A DNA stretch of 64,000 nt from Eledone cirrhosa (lineage: Eukaryota): assembly GCA_964016885.1 (NCBI GenBank), contig OZ024741.1:371876001-371940000 (forward strand). The letters are read 5' to 3'. Both the position numbers and the translations under genes were made by a program. Positions 15,039 to 34,257 of the stretch are shown here, piece by piece. The first letter of the stretch is position 1. The number at the start of each line of letters is the position of its first letter. The notes under the pieces are model-generated. The model saw nothing but the letters and a program-made list of their open reading frames with translations. It searched no databases and was not told the DNA's origin.

Positions 15039-15045
<7 letters not shown>
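14201..15045 (+). mobile_element. Non-coding hammerhead-bearing element, about 1.5 tandem units (period 568 bp); HHRs at 14321-14402 and 14889-14970
   Basis: Direct repeat starting CAGTGAGAATTTC at 14201 and 14769; actcc CTGATGA [helix II] GAAAC taatta GTT ggagt. Confidence 0.85.
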
Positions 15046-15089
<44 letters not shown>

Positions 15090-15144
15090 TTAAAAAAATA
15101 ATGAATAAAACAATGAAACAGTTCCTCATATTAAACAAAAAAAG

Positions 15145-15301
15145 TTCATTATTTAACGATCGTTTCTAGGATATATATGTGTGTTAGAATTGGCATGCAT
15201 ATTCAACAGATCTATGTACAAAATTATACAAAATTATACAAACTATCAAAATTAAATATACATACCAAACACATATATATGCCGTCTTCAGAAATAATGA
15301 A
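15145..15301 (-). ncRNA. Hammerhead ribozyme with very long helix II insertion (GUU site), in a pLTR-like element (about 15083-15900)
   Basis: Minus strand: ttcattattt CTGAAGA [more than 100 nt closed by atatatatgtgt/acacatatatat] GAAAC gatc GTT aaataatgaa. Helix I is a perfect 10 bp. Confidence 0.8.
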
Positions 15302-16020
15302 ATATATTTATTGATAATAACAACAATTCAAAATTACAGGTCTGTTTGGGAACAGAGTTCAAATTGACCAATGAAAATACAAAAAGTTTATACAGTTAGG
15401 TGTGTGTATATATGCATATAAGTAACATCGTTCACAGATATGCATAAAGATATATGTTCACATGCATACGCTTGCCAAAAAGATGTATGTAAATACAAAA
15501 ATTCAAGGCTAATGTCTCTGTATGTTTATAATCTACAGATAAAATACGTACACACATATATAAATATAAAATAAATATATACACACATTCATATACTCAC
15601 ACATATACGTACATTCACACACACACCCGCGTATACGCATACACATACACACAACCACGAACATACATACACACATACACCCCCACACACATATATATGT
15701 GTGCATATACTATTATCATAAGCATATGGATATTAATGCGCGCACATAAACACTGCCACACACATTTAGATCCAGATACAGAAAGTAGGTGGGGGGGAGA
15801 GGTCAGTATTCACCGGTGTCAGCAGACTGCCTATTTATAAATGTATCTATAAACTTAGAAATAAAAAGAAAAGAAAAAGAAAAAAGAAATATATCAAGAA
15901 AATATATATATATATAATATATACATACACACACATATATATATATATACACATATATATATATACACATACACACATATATAAACAAGTAAAATATAAA
16001 ATATACATCGATATACATAC

Positions 16021-16067
<47 letters not shown>

Positions 16068-16282
16068 CATACATATACATACATATACATACACAAACAC
16101 ATACATACACATACATATACATACACACACCATATAAATACACATATACATACACACACGCATACATATAGAGACACATACATATACACATATAAATACA
16201 TAGACATATACACATATACACACATATATATATATATACACATATACGCATACATATATATACACATACATTCACAACACAC

Positions 16283-16335
<53 letters not shown>

Positions 16336-16341
<6 letters not shown>

Positions 16342-16782
16342 ATTAAATAAATGGAAACTATATTTATAAAACCATATTTATTTCATTATATATATTTCGG
16401 GGATATCATATTAACAATATGCTATGCCTTCCTCAGACAAAATACAATATAAACAGCTTTATAGATAAATAGATTCGACATACCGTAACAACACCGACTT
16501 GCATTTGAAGAGGTTGGATTGGCAGTGAAAAAATTTTACACAGAGAGAAAGAAAGAGAGAAAAAAAAGAAAGACAGAAAACGAAGAAAAGGAAGAAAAAG
16601 AAGAAAAAGAAGAAATGCATGGAACAAAATAGAGAGATGGAAAGATAGATAAAGAGAAGAACTTCATGTAAAGAAAGATATATATATATATATATATAGG
16701 GAGAGGAAATAGAGATAGATACATATATATATAGAAAATTAGGTAGTGGGAGATCAGTTGGGTAAATGTATCAATGATACAT

Positions 16783-16813
<31 letters not shown>

Positions 16814-18344
16814 GCTCTAGTATTAATGTAAGGGAGATATATAGAGAGATAAAAAATATAGAGAGAGAAAAAAATAGCGAGAGAAAAAATTTAAAAATAG
16901 CCAGATATATTCGAGGCGTAAAAACCCTATGTTTTAATGTATTAGTATTTATAAAACTTCCACTATATTGTAAATATCAGTATTCCTGAATGAGACAAGT
17001 ATCCATAGTGTGTGAAAATTAATTATCTTATGTTTAGTTTTTTTAAAAAATTCATATGTTTATGTGATAGCTACAAACAGCCATGTGAATCCACATGATC
17101 AACTCTGCAAACTCTAAGTTCACGGAAAACATTCTCAATGTGGTATAAAAATTTGAGTATACATATATGTGTATTATTATTCCTGTCTTTACTCTACAAG
17201 ATTATCTATCAAGCAGAAATAGAGAGCAGATTTCAATATACTAATAAAAATATATATCAGAAACAAAACTAAAAAAATAACAATAATAATAATAAGTAAT
17301 AATAAAATAGAAAATAGAAAACTAAAAAAAAATATTACGAAAGAATATTACATATTAAAAATATTACATATTAAAAAATTTACATATTAAAGATATTAAA
17401 AATAAAAATAAAAATAAAAAATATTAGAAAATACTACAATAATAAAAATAAAAATAAACCACAAAGATCAACCCTTCAAAATTAATTGACAATATATTGC
17501 CAAGTTCATTATAAGCATCAGAGTCGAAAAACAGACAAAGCCAAAAGTTATCTATCAAATCACATCAAGCAAAGATCATTTCAAAAAGTTTATGATGCTC
17601 AATTTGGTCTACATGTGTTCTTATATTTAATATAGAAGTTTATCTAGTGTAAGGTTTATTCAAAATATTTGGAGCATCAGCTTTTATGGTAGCTTAATTT
17701 TTCATGAGGAATGTTTAAATAAAAATAAAATTAAAATAAAAATAAAAAATAAAAAGAATAAAAAGAAGGAATCAAAAATTTATCGGCTAGTTTCCCATAT
17801 AAATATAAATCAAACTAAATATACTACATTTTAAATTTAAATTTATATTTAAACGTTGAGTTTAATCTATGTTTGCAACAACTGAATAAATTTGTCCGTA
17901 GATTAAGGGAATTTTTAAATTTTAGTATAAAGAATATCTCCTCTGCGCAGAGGTCACATGTCTCAGAGGATGAATTAAAAGGAATCCCTCTTGAGACTAT
18001 ATTCCAAGCCGTCGAATATCTAACGTTATCTAGCTTAAGTTGCCAGAGTACACCTGATAGTGCCGTTGAAGATTTTTTGCTTGGATCTGTGAAAGAATTC
18101 TTGTGGTTATTATAGCGAAGTTTAAATTCCGTCGATGTGGAACCGACGTAGTTAAAAGAATTAGAGTCAGTATTAACATTACAATTGTATACTATATTTT
18201 TAACTAAGCAGTTGTTATTTAACGGACATTTAGATCTATCTCTACAGTTACATTTGTTAACTTGTATATTATTTATGCTATTATCACTAGGTTTTAAGTT
18301 CCTATTATTTATTCTATTAATATTTTGTGCTATTATATTTTGTG

Positions 18345-18345
<1 letters not shown>
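16336..18345 (-). mobile_element. 5'-truncated Penelope-like element: GIY-YIG endonuclease (17824 to about 18340); probable 3' region ends in a hammerhead-like motif (16381-16442)
   Basis: CNCR...CPL...C...NIVYNC...YVGST...FKLRYNNHKNSF...W...CDLCAEE; CTGAGGA...CGAAATATATA on -. That the intervening AT-rich region belongs to the same element is inferred. Confidence 0.75.
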
Positions 18346-19310
<965 letters not shown>

Positions 19311-19988
19311 CATCCACGCTTACAAATACAAATAATAATAGTAGGGGGGAAGGGGGGGGGATTATAGTAAATATAGGTTTCAAGAAACATAGAATATTAA
19401 TCTGCATTTAGATCATAATATGTGTTTACATAGTTTCAGTATTAGGAAATGTAAGAAAGAAGGCAAAATTATGCATTTCAATATAATTATACCATTAACC
19501 ATAGGTTAACTAAATTAAGGATAGTTAATGTATTGATTTCTAAGGTGTATACTACTTAGGTTTATAATATTTGAAGCGGAATTTTGAAGTTAAATAGTAG
19601 TAGAGTATTAATAATAGTATAACTAAATTAAAATTATTAACGTTATGGTATCAATATTAGGAAATGAATTTAGTAATAGGGAAAAAACAAATAAAGTATT
19701 ACATCGGTAGTAGAATATAAATTATAGGTTAACTAAATTAAAAATTATATATTAATTTCTATAGTATATGTTAATTAGGTTTATAATAATTAAAACAGAT
19801 ATTGTATTTTATCTATAGTAGAATATAATTATAGGTAAACAGAAAATAAAAATTAATACATACACATATATTTTTAATTTTCTGTTTACCTATAATTTTT
19901 GAATGCATCTCTTCTTTTCATGATTTCCGGATTACATTGAGTTCTTCATGCGGATTGGACACAACCGTAAACTTGTGGTAGATTTATC

Positions 19989-25185
<5,197 letters not shown>

Positions 25186-25186
<1 letters not shown>

Positions 25187-25546
25187 ACAATATTAAATAA
25201 ATGGAAAACTATATTTATAAAACCATATTTATTTCATTATATATATTTCGGGGATATCATATTAACAATATGCTATGCCTTCATCAGACAAAATACAATA
25301 TAAACAGTTTTATAGATAAATAGATTCGACATACCGTAATAACACCGACTTCATTTGAAGAGGTTTTAAACCTCTTCGAATGAAGTCGGTGTTATTACGG
25401 TATGTCGAATCTATTTATCTATAAAACTGTTTATATTGTATTTTGTCTGATGAAGGCATAGCATATTGTTAATATGATATCCCCGAAATATATAATTAAA
25501 TAAATATGGTTTTATAAATATAGTTTTCCATTTATTTAATATTGTA
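25186..25546. repeat. Near-perfect palindrome (arms of about 180 bp, centre 25367) of the Penelope 3' end seen at 16336-16515; hammerhead-like motifs at 25232-25293 (-) and 25441-25500 (+)
   Basis: GAAGAGGTTT-T-AAACCTCTTC centre; CTGATGA agg...ccc GAAATATATA. Confidence 0.85.
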
Positions 25547-25618
25547 AATATACTCCAAATATTTGTCGAGTGCTTTTATATCAGTTATAAATATTTACTA
25601 GTTGTAACCCAACAATTT

Positions 25619-25818
25619 NNNNNNNNNNNNNNNNNNNNNNNNNNNNNNNNNNNNNNNNNNNNNNNNNNNNNNNNNNNNNNNNNNNNNNNNNNNNNNNNNN
25701 NNNNNNNNNNNNNNNNNNNNNNNNNNNNNNNNNNNNNNNNNNNNNNNNNNNNNNNNNNNNNNNNNNNNNNNNNNNNNNNNNNNNNNNNNNNNNNNNNNNN
25801 NNNNNNNNNNNNNNNNNN
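25619..25818. other. Assembly gap (200 N)
   Basis: Run of n. Confidence 1.
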
Positions 25819-26397
25819 ATCATAAGCTATGAGTTTATTAAGTATGGACGGACATCGGAACCAAATGCCGACTATATCTTCTCTCTCCCGCCTTTTTCTC
25901 GCCCTCTTTGCCTATCCTTCCTCCTCTCTCATGACTCCGCTTACTACCACTACCATAGCTACTTACACCACTCTAAAACTATACCTTTCCTTTTACCCTA
26001 GCGGCGTAATACTAACCGGGAGTAATTTTCCTCCCGCTCCCTGATTCGTTTGTTTGTTTTTGTGTTCTGTTTTGTTTTGTTGCCTTCATACCAACACATA
26101 TTTATTTCCTGCTGTATGAGCTGGTCCAAAATATGTAGTCTTCTCTTTCTCGTGCGAAACCACATGGCCAGATTGTATGAGAGCTGATGAGATTGAGATA
26201 CATATGCGCTTTGACCTCAATTTGTAAGTTTGGTCTTATTTTCCTTCCATTCTCTTCTCCTTTTCACTCCTACATGCCAACATACTCCCTCTCTTAATGA
26301 TCTTTACTTTTCATCCATCCGACCTCACGACTTTCCCTTTCTCCTTAGCGGCCATTTTCCTTCCTTAGAGGTATTTTTATCCGACTTCCGTACTGTT

Positions 26398-26612
26398 ATT
26401 GGATTGGCAGTATCGATAGAGCGTTGGAGAAAATGCTTCGCTGCATAGAGTTATAGCCCTTTACGTCTGAGTTCAAATCCCACCGAGGTTAGCTTTGCTT
26501 TTCATCCTTACAGGGTCGATAAAGTAAAACACCAGTAATGCACTGAGGTCGATTTAATCGATTCTCCCATCCCTTTTAATCGACTTTCCCTTCCCCTAAA
26601 GTAGAAACAATT
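26398..26612 (+). mobile_element. tRNA-derived SINE
   Basis: GGATTGGCAGTATCG...GAGTTCAAATCCCACCGAGG...core...AAAGTAGAAACAATTA. Confidence 0.85.
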
Positions 26613-26934
26613 ATTAATGACTGTGTTAACAGTTATTTCTTGCGTTTGAGTTTCCCATTTTTCTATGAACTATATATATACTTAAGTAGCGGTTTACTGA
26701 GGTTACCATGATAGAGTTTATTCATTAAGAAGAACAATACAACATTTCACATTGATGTTTTTATATATTAGGCTAAGTTGAGATAATGGTTTTGTTTGGT
26801 TAACAAGTCTGATGAGAAGATTTGGACTAGAGTCGTCTATAATATAAATATGGATCTTGAGACACCCATCTGTGAGTTCATAACTTAGCCTAATCAATGA
26901 AAACCTCAATGTGAGACCTCGTTTTGTTCTTCTT

Positions 26935-26967
<33 letters not shown>

Positions 26968-27077
26968 GGGGGGGGTGAGCGAGAGAGAAATATATATATG
27001 TATATATATAAAGTAAGTCCAAAGAATCATTAGATAAAATATATACAGTATTTCCTCTCCCAATCATATATATATAT

Positions 27078-27113
<36 letters not shown>

Positions 27114-27715
27114 TTGGTAAATAGCTAAGTAAATAGACTGACAGAGAAACAGACCGACAGACAGACTGATATTCATACCTACAGATACTTTGAAATACGA
27201 GAATATTGATGCATGTAAATAGTTAAACTGATATATCTCTCTATAGCTGTAAACAATTCTGTATGTATACGACATACACGTGCATATACATCTATAAATA
27301 CATCTATGTAGACACACACATATACCCACAAATATATATATTTATATTTGATACATCCACTGACAAACCATACTCGTACACAATACTTATACAGTCAGAC
27401 ACACTTAGACATCTTCACAAACTATGTATATACCTTCCCACCTATATATACGGTAATACACACAAAAAATTAAAAACAACACTCATACACACATACACAC
27501 ACACTCACACACTCACACACACACTCACACTCACACACACACTCACACTCACACTCATATACACCCCTCTATTTTCTATTTTCCATTTTTTTTTCTGATA
27601 TTTCTACTTCTCTCTGACGAATGGCTAAAGTCCGATACGTTGAACTTCTTTTTTTCTCTCTTTCATCAAGAGCGTGAACCTAATAACACTAATTGTGTTT
27701 GTATCTGCGTTTGTC

Positions 27716-27858
<143 letters not shown>

Positions 27859-27859
27859 A

Positions 27860-28650
27860 ACATTAAAGAGGGTTAAGAAGCGTGTAGTATGGGTGATGTG
27901 GAGGTGGTAGGATGTTGTGTGTGAAGGTAGAATAAGTGTTGGAGTGGTGTTATCTGTTGGGCTTCTGGTGTTTCTGGGGAGGATGGGGTTTCTATCTTTA
28001 GGTTAGCTATGATTTAGGTGCTGGACAGAATTTAGAACATGGCGTATATGATTACGCCCTATTTGGTATTTGGAGTGTTGGAGTCTTTCAAGTGCCAGAT
28101 GTGGTTGGCTAGTCTCGTAGCAGATTCTCTCTGAATGTTTTCTAAGTGTATTCAGGTGTTGGTTAAGGTGGAGTTTGAATTCGTTTGAAGTAGGCCAATG
28201 TGTTGTCTATTTGAAGAGTATGTGCTTATATTAGTAGTACACTGCGTATTGCGGGGATATTTGTTGTTGAGTAAGCATTGTAGTGCAGAGGATTAGAGAT
28301 TGTGTCGGTTGGTTTAAACGTTTTGTAATTAATCTTAGATCCATTGGTAGGTGATATTTCCATGTCACTGGGTAGGCGGCTTTGATATAGTTGGTATTTT
28401 AAATGGGGTGGCATTTGTGTGGTGGGGGGAAATGATTTTTGACTTAATGAGGAAGTATTTGCAAAGCGTGTGGTTACTTGTAGGTTATAAGGTGTGTTAT
28501 ACCAGATTACACTTCCTTTTTCTATTCCTAGGTTTAGGGTTATTTTGTGATGGAATATTCTCGATTTCTTATTTGAAATCTCTTAGTTTAATGGCGTTGT
28601 TGCACGTGTGTGCGTCTTTTATATGGAAGCGGTATTCGTATAGACAACTG
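27860..28650 (-). mobile_element. Degenerate Penelope-like fragment (RT C-terminal linker plus GIY-YIG)
   Basis: Manual minus-strand translation across frameshifts gives WYNTPYNLQVTT, TSNEFKLHLNQHLNTLR, SATRLANHIWHLK and a CxxC. Confidence 0.65.
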
Positions 28651-28811
28651 TAAACACCTTGCTTCAAATACAATATCTTCGTAATCTATCTACCTCTCTA
28701 ACCATATACTCTCAGTTACTCTCTTTGTTTCTATTTTACTCTTTCTCATATATTTCACTTAGCTAGCTTTCTCTATACACCCTCTCTCTATCTATTTATC
28801 TATTAATCTCT

Positions 28812-28843
<32 letters not shown>

Positions 28844-28852
28844 TATATATAT

Positions 28853-28930
<78 letters not shown>

Positions 28931-28972
28931 AAGTTAACAAGACATCGTTTAAGGTAATCATGAACACAGATC

Positions 28973-29083
28973 AGTATTCTGATGATTTAGTCGGGTATCG
29001 ACTGTAATTAAAATCGAGTGATGTGGCTTCTAACGATCAGCGATTTTTAGACACATCGGACTAATGAAACAATTGTTAATACT
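28973..29083 (+). ncRNA. Hammerhead ribozyme with extended helix II (GUU site) in a 205-bp island between TA tracts
   Basis: agtatt CTGATGA t-ttagtc...gactaa-t GAAAC aatt GTT aatact. Confidence 0.8.
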
Positions 29084-29130
29084 TTAAATAACCCCTATTG
29101 TACAGCCGACCACGTTATTCTACACTTTTT

Positions 29131-29203
<73 letters not shown>

Positions 29204-29205
<2 letters not shown>

Positions 29206-30140
29206 GAAGTGGTTACACAACAGTTAGTTCACCATACCGAGAACAATTGTTTCACCTTACGGATCCTCAGCTCGTAATGAACATGGTTATACGGAACAGG
29301 AACGACAACCGTACGAACGCGCATGCGCAGAAACGATCACTTCACGCAGGCAATACTAAATTGCGTGCGAGAGGTCTAAGGGAGATAACTGCGAAAGTCC
29401 GAAAAGTTTCTAGTTGATAAGAAAATTGGGATGTTGTTGTAATTTAATCCGGAGCTTTGTAGTTATGTAAGAGGTGTTTCCAGACGTGTGGACAACGTGT
29501 GAAGAATTCATTTCGCGTGTTTAGGCAATCACTATTGTGTAATCTCTTTAGTATATTTATTCGTTCATCAATACATAGTCCACACGACGGATTGCCCCTT
29601 GTGCATCGCTTGGACTTAGTGATGGCTTTCCATTGAATGGGGTAGTCTATACTTGAGTCCTTGATGGACCATACGTGGCTCGCGAGTTCCGTGGATGAAC
29701 GTCTGTCCGGGTACCTAAAGGTCGACAGGTGGTTCAGGAAGCGTTCCTTAAATCGGCCCTCCGCCATAACCACATAGGATTTGACCTCCTGTTTTTGATT
29801 TGGTCGGTTGGAAGTGACCACAGCTTCATAACTACAACGGGTGTGTTGCATTGCTGTTGAAGGGGACAAGCTTCAGGCTTACGGCAATAGCACCCTGGTG
29901 GGGTGTTGCTCTTAGGGCTGTTGGTGATGTGGGCCCTCATGTTCTTAGCGCAGGAGTATCCTAGTTTTACTTTATGTCGGTTAAAGATGGAGCGGTATTT
30001 ATATGATCGTTTCTGCGCATGCGCGTTCGTACGGTTGTCCTTCCTGTTCCATATAACCATGTCCATTACGAGCTGACGATCCGCTAAGGTGAAACAATTG
30101 TTCTCTGTATGGTGAACTAACTGTTGTGTAACCACTTCTA
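29204..30140 (-). mobile_element. Penelope-like element: frameshifted GIY-YIG flanked by inverted pLTR segments (29204-29339, 30004-30140), each with a minimal hammerhead (29239-29273 on -, 30070-30105 on +)
   Basis: KYRSIFNRHKVKLGYSC, CYCRKPEACPL, FKERFLNHLSTF, ELASHVWSIK, CGLCIDE; gag CTGAnGA t-cc-gtaa-gg-t GAAAC aatt GTT ctc. Confidence 0.9.
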
Positions 30141-30728
30141 CCTAACTCGTCCCATGGACTGAGTGCTCTACCACTACGGATATTACCTTCCAGTGTTCTA
30201 CCACTATATATATATGTATGTGTGTGTGTATATATATATCACTGTAACATGTTGATAATATTTCTGAACATCAATTGAGGGTGAAGTTTTAATGGGATTC
30301 GTGTTTAACAGAGAATTTGGGTTTCTTGGGCAATTATTTATTCCCATCTTCGTCCTCCTCCCATTAACTGCTGTCACCAATAAGGACTTCATTTGTTATT
30401 TATTCTACTATTAACACTTGATATTTAAGATCATCCTCTGTAAATTCTGGCCAGGATCTGACAGCATCCTCTGGGATATGTTTCGCCTTCCTTCTGATGT
30501 ATTACAATGAAACTTTTTTTTCTCGAACTTCTCAAAACCATATTCTACCTGGACATTGTAAAGAATTTATTTTCCAAGCATTAACTAGAATGGTGTACTT
30601 CAATGTCTTCTATGAAATGGGTAAATTGAATATTGTATATTTGGGGTTGTGGTTCTTGGTATTACTGAGAAGTCTTTGCTCTCGCGTGACTTCCCTAAGA
30701 TCATCCTCTTTTATTACCGTGAACACTT

Positions 30729-30759
<31 letters not shown>

Positions 30760-30775
30760 ATATATATGTATATAT

Positions 30776-30984
30776 GCAAATAATAAACAAAACCAACTAA
30801 TCAAACAACACAGTACAATGAAGAAGTACATTAGTTTAACGCTTGATATAGTAGGAAAATGTCTTTCCGTTTCGGACACTAGTCCTTCATCAGAAGATAG
30901 AATGGGAAATGAAAGATAGATAGTGGGAAGAAAAAGGAACGGCAAACAATATTTTGAGAAGAAACACGTGTGTATTCAATCAGA

Positions 30985-30985
<1 letters not shown>
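30776..30985 (-). mobile_element. pLTR-like fragment with a minimal hammerhead whose cleavage triplet is mutated (30862-30897)
   Basis: Minus strand: tctt CTGATGA a ggac-tagt-gtcc GAAAC GGA aaga. Same family as 37705-37888. Confidence 0.7.
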
Positions 30986-31067
<82 letters not shown>

Positions 31068-31074
31068 TGTGTGT

Positions 31075-31105
<31 letters not shown>

Positions 31106-31596
31106 GTTGACGGTTCTTGTCTAATTACCCTGTGGTAATTACAGGTGAAACTCTAGAGTAACAAGACTTACAATTTAACCTTAATAAAATGTATATATTC
31201 ATTTTGGGGTTGTACTTGTAGCATCATCTGAGACCGTGACATGAAACGGAAGCAATTCTATTGTGTGCATATTATTTCAGCTATTTAGGAACACACTCCC
31301 ATTGACATTTCATTTATTTCTTGTGGTGTCATGAAATTGGGACCAACATCTTCACAGCTGAAGAAACAAACGCAAAGTAAACATAACTTTTGTGTGTTCT
31401 TAAGTGTTTGAAATGACTATGAAATATGATATATTTTAGCTCCATTTTTCCCGTGTGTTTAATTCATATAAACACAAATTCAAAGTAACGACTACCTTTT
31501 TAATTCGTTGTGCACTCTCGGTGATTAACTGTCTAGTTTTAAATGAACTAAGATTATGCTACTCGTGGTTATATGTGTCTGTCTATTATATACGAC

Positions 31597-31795
31597 CTGG
31601 TATCGGTAGAGCGTCGCACAACGTGCTTTGCGATATATAGTTACGTCCATTTATGTTCAAATCCCACTGAGGTTAGCTTTACCTTTCATCCTTACGAGGT
31701 CGATAAAATGAAGTACCAGTAACACACTGGGATCGATTTAATTGACTTTCCCCATCACCCGAAATTGTTGACCTTGTTCCTAAACCAGAAACCAT
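31597..31795 (+). mobile_element. tRNA-derived SINE, diverged
   Basis: GTTCAAATCCCACTGAGG...core...AGAAACCATTA. Confidence 0.8.
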
Positions 31796-32206
31796 TATAT
31801 TCCACCTGGCATCTATTTATGCATCCCAACATAGTTTCTACTGTAGAGCATTCTGGGGATATTTTTCACTTCCTCTCTCCCACTTTCTATCCTTCGCTGG
31901 AATAAATCTGCTGTGTTCAGACTTGGATGGTTTGGGCTCCGCCATGTTTAAATATACCGTATACCTCTACGGCCCCTCTTTGACTTCATCGGGAGTTACG
32001 GGACCATACCACCACACTGTAATTGCTTTATTTAGCTTCAGTTAATATTATTTTCTAATTACTATTTTACAAAAAACGTTTTTTCTTTAAATTATTCCTC
32101 AAATTATACATCAATATTTTCTTTGTTTTTCAGAAAATATCCCAGGACTTTAGGAAAAACCAAAGTTGAAAACAATATTTCCCTGAAGTCGAGGGAAACG
32201 AGGAAA

Positions 32207-33331
32207 ATGGAAAATAACATTAGTACTAACGAGTCTATAAACATTTTAAAAGAGTTAAATGATGAAAAAACGATCACGTATTTACCTGTAATATTCTATG
32301 TCGGGATTTCTATGGTATTTGGAGCAATTGGAAACAGCGCTGTGTCTTATATATATTACTGTAAATTGGAAAAATCAGCGACAAATTTGTTTGTTGCAGT
32401 TCTTAGTGCTTGTGATTTGCTTAGCTGTCTAATTTCTATGCCTCTTGAAATTGTCGGTCTACGATTCTCTTTGACCTTTCACAGTGACATATCATGTCGT
32501 CTGACACGTTTTGTTGTGGCTGTGGGAACAATCACATCGGCGCTACTTATATTTGTTATATCCGTTGATAGATACATACGTGTTTGTTGCCCACTTGGTC
32601 GACATTTTACCCGTCGTTCAGCTAAAGTTGCATCAGCAGTAATGGTGTTTTCGTCAATATTGTTAGCGACACCAGCAGCTTTAGTTTTCGGCAAACAAAG
32701 GATCCCAACACGCATTGCTGGAATCATTGGTGAAGAATGCTCGATTGCTGAAGATATAAAAGATACACTGTATCCTTTAGCCTATTATTGCTCACTGTTG
32801 GTAACCTGCTTTACTTTATTTGTGGTTTTGATGACGTTGTACTTTCTCATTGGAATATTTGTTTGGAAACACAAGAAGAAAAATGTGGGAAGAATGCAAA
32901 AAGTGGTTTTTTCTCAACCATCCAATGAGCCCGTGTCTGCTGTCACTTCTTCCAGCAGACACACGCTAAAGTCAGAGGGGCATATTCGCTCAAAGACTTC
33001 CCGACCTATGAGCAATCCAGTTGAACATCGACAACCAAATGCAGTGAGAGTATCAAGGACCACTGTTATTATGTTTCTCATTACACTATTATGGATTGTT
33101 AGCTATTTACCTCATTTGGTAATGGTGACGTGTGAAATTGTCTTCAAAAACTTCCAAACTTCACTTGGCACCACAGGAGATGTTCTTTACAATTTATCCT
33201 TTCGCTCTTTCTTCTTCAACAACGCAATAAACCCGTTTATTTATGGCATTTTTAATCTTCGCTTTCGGAAAGAACTTTTTATCTTATTTGATAGGATTTT
33301 CGGAGCATGCTCCTGTAAAAACGATGAATAA
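32207..33331 (+). CDS. Rhodopsin-family (class A) GPCR, neuropeptide/CCK-receptor-like orphan, 374 aa, CDS uninterrupted by introns
   Basis: Seven hydrophobic segments; TM1 GN, TM2 LSACD, TM3 C...SVDRY, ECL2 Cys, TM6 SYLP, TM7 NPFIY, helix 8 FRKEL; N-terminal N-glycosylation sites (NIS, NES). First in-frame ATG at 32207; polypyrimidine+CAG acceptor at 32131-32133; AATAAA at the stop. Confidence 0.93.
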   Translation: MENNISTNESINILKELNDEKTITYLPVIFYVGISMVFGAIGNSAVSYIYYCKLEKSATNLFVAVLSACDLLSCLISMPLEIVGLRFSLTFHSDISCRLTRFVVAVGTITSALLIFVISVDRYIRVCCPLGRHFTRRSAKVASAVMVFSSILLATPAALVFGKQRIPTRIAGIIGEECSIAEDIKDTLYPLAYYCSLLVTCFTLFVVLMTLYFLIGIFVWKHKKKNVGRMQKVVFSQPSNEPVSAVTSSSRHTLKSEGHIRSKTSRPMSNPVEHRQPNAVRVSRTTVIMFLITLLWIVSYLPHLVMVTCEIVFKNFQTSLGTTGDVLYNLSFRSFFFNNAINPFIYGIFNLRFRKELFILFDRIFGACSCKNDE

Positions 33332-33886
33332 AAATAAAAATATAAAATTTTGGATAAATTCATGATTATTCATCATTCATACCTCATGTATGTCCATCCT
33401 TCATCAGAACAAGGAAGAAATCTTGGCATTCCAAATCTCCTAGAATGCGGACTAAACCATCTTCCCTGTTCGTCATAAAGAACTATTATTCCATATTCAT
33501 TTTTTACAGAACACTGTTTGTTCTTTCATAGGTTTTGGTTTCATAGAATTGGTTTTAGCTTGGTTTTTCTTCGATTGTGGACCAAAAATTTGAATTAACG
33601 ATTCCTTTATCTAAACTCTGTAAACTACAGAAAGGAAACTGGAAAATGTTAACGTCTGTAAAAACGCATTACCAACCATTCATTATTTAATGGAAACAGA
33701 ATGGAAAACCTGACAGAATTGACCAGTGGAAATATAAAATATATATCAAATAAATATATTCCTTCCAATATATAAGCTGGAGAGTGAGATTTTTCCCCGG
33801 TATTGGTTTAAATCGAGACAATTATTTCACGCACACACACACACACATAACACATGCACAGACACACAACACATGCACAGACACAC

Positions 33887-33935
<49 letters not shown>

Positions 33936-34257
33936 ACATTCACGGCATCATTAGAGATTTCTGTTTTTTTGCCATCTTGTGGTCAGTTGATATATTATCT
34001 ACTACTGCTGCTACCTGACGGCCTTTTTACAGATTATTCTGCTACTGCCTTTTATTGCATATTAACATTAGTGTCATCTATTGAAGAACTGACTGATTAT
34101 CGTTCCTGTCATCTATCAAGCATTCGTCACATAACCCACAACATATATTTATCGGACATTCTCGCCTTACCTACAGTAATTGCCATCTACCAAGCATTTG
34201 ATATATTACCAAATAATACTGCTAACTATCAAACAGTCGGTTACGTACCCTTTAAAT

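Noticed and set aside
26140-26880. CTGATGA motifs at about 26184 and 26809
   Set aside because: The partner GAAA/NUH and helices are degenerate or in the wrong order; not supportable as ribozymes
31140-31400. Candidate upstream non-coding exon or promoter of the GPCR
   Set aside because: The sequence looks unique but the splice signals are weak; it cannot be supported without transcript data
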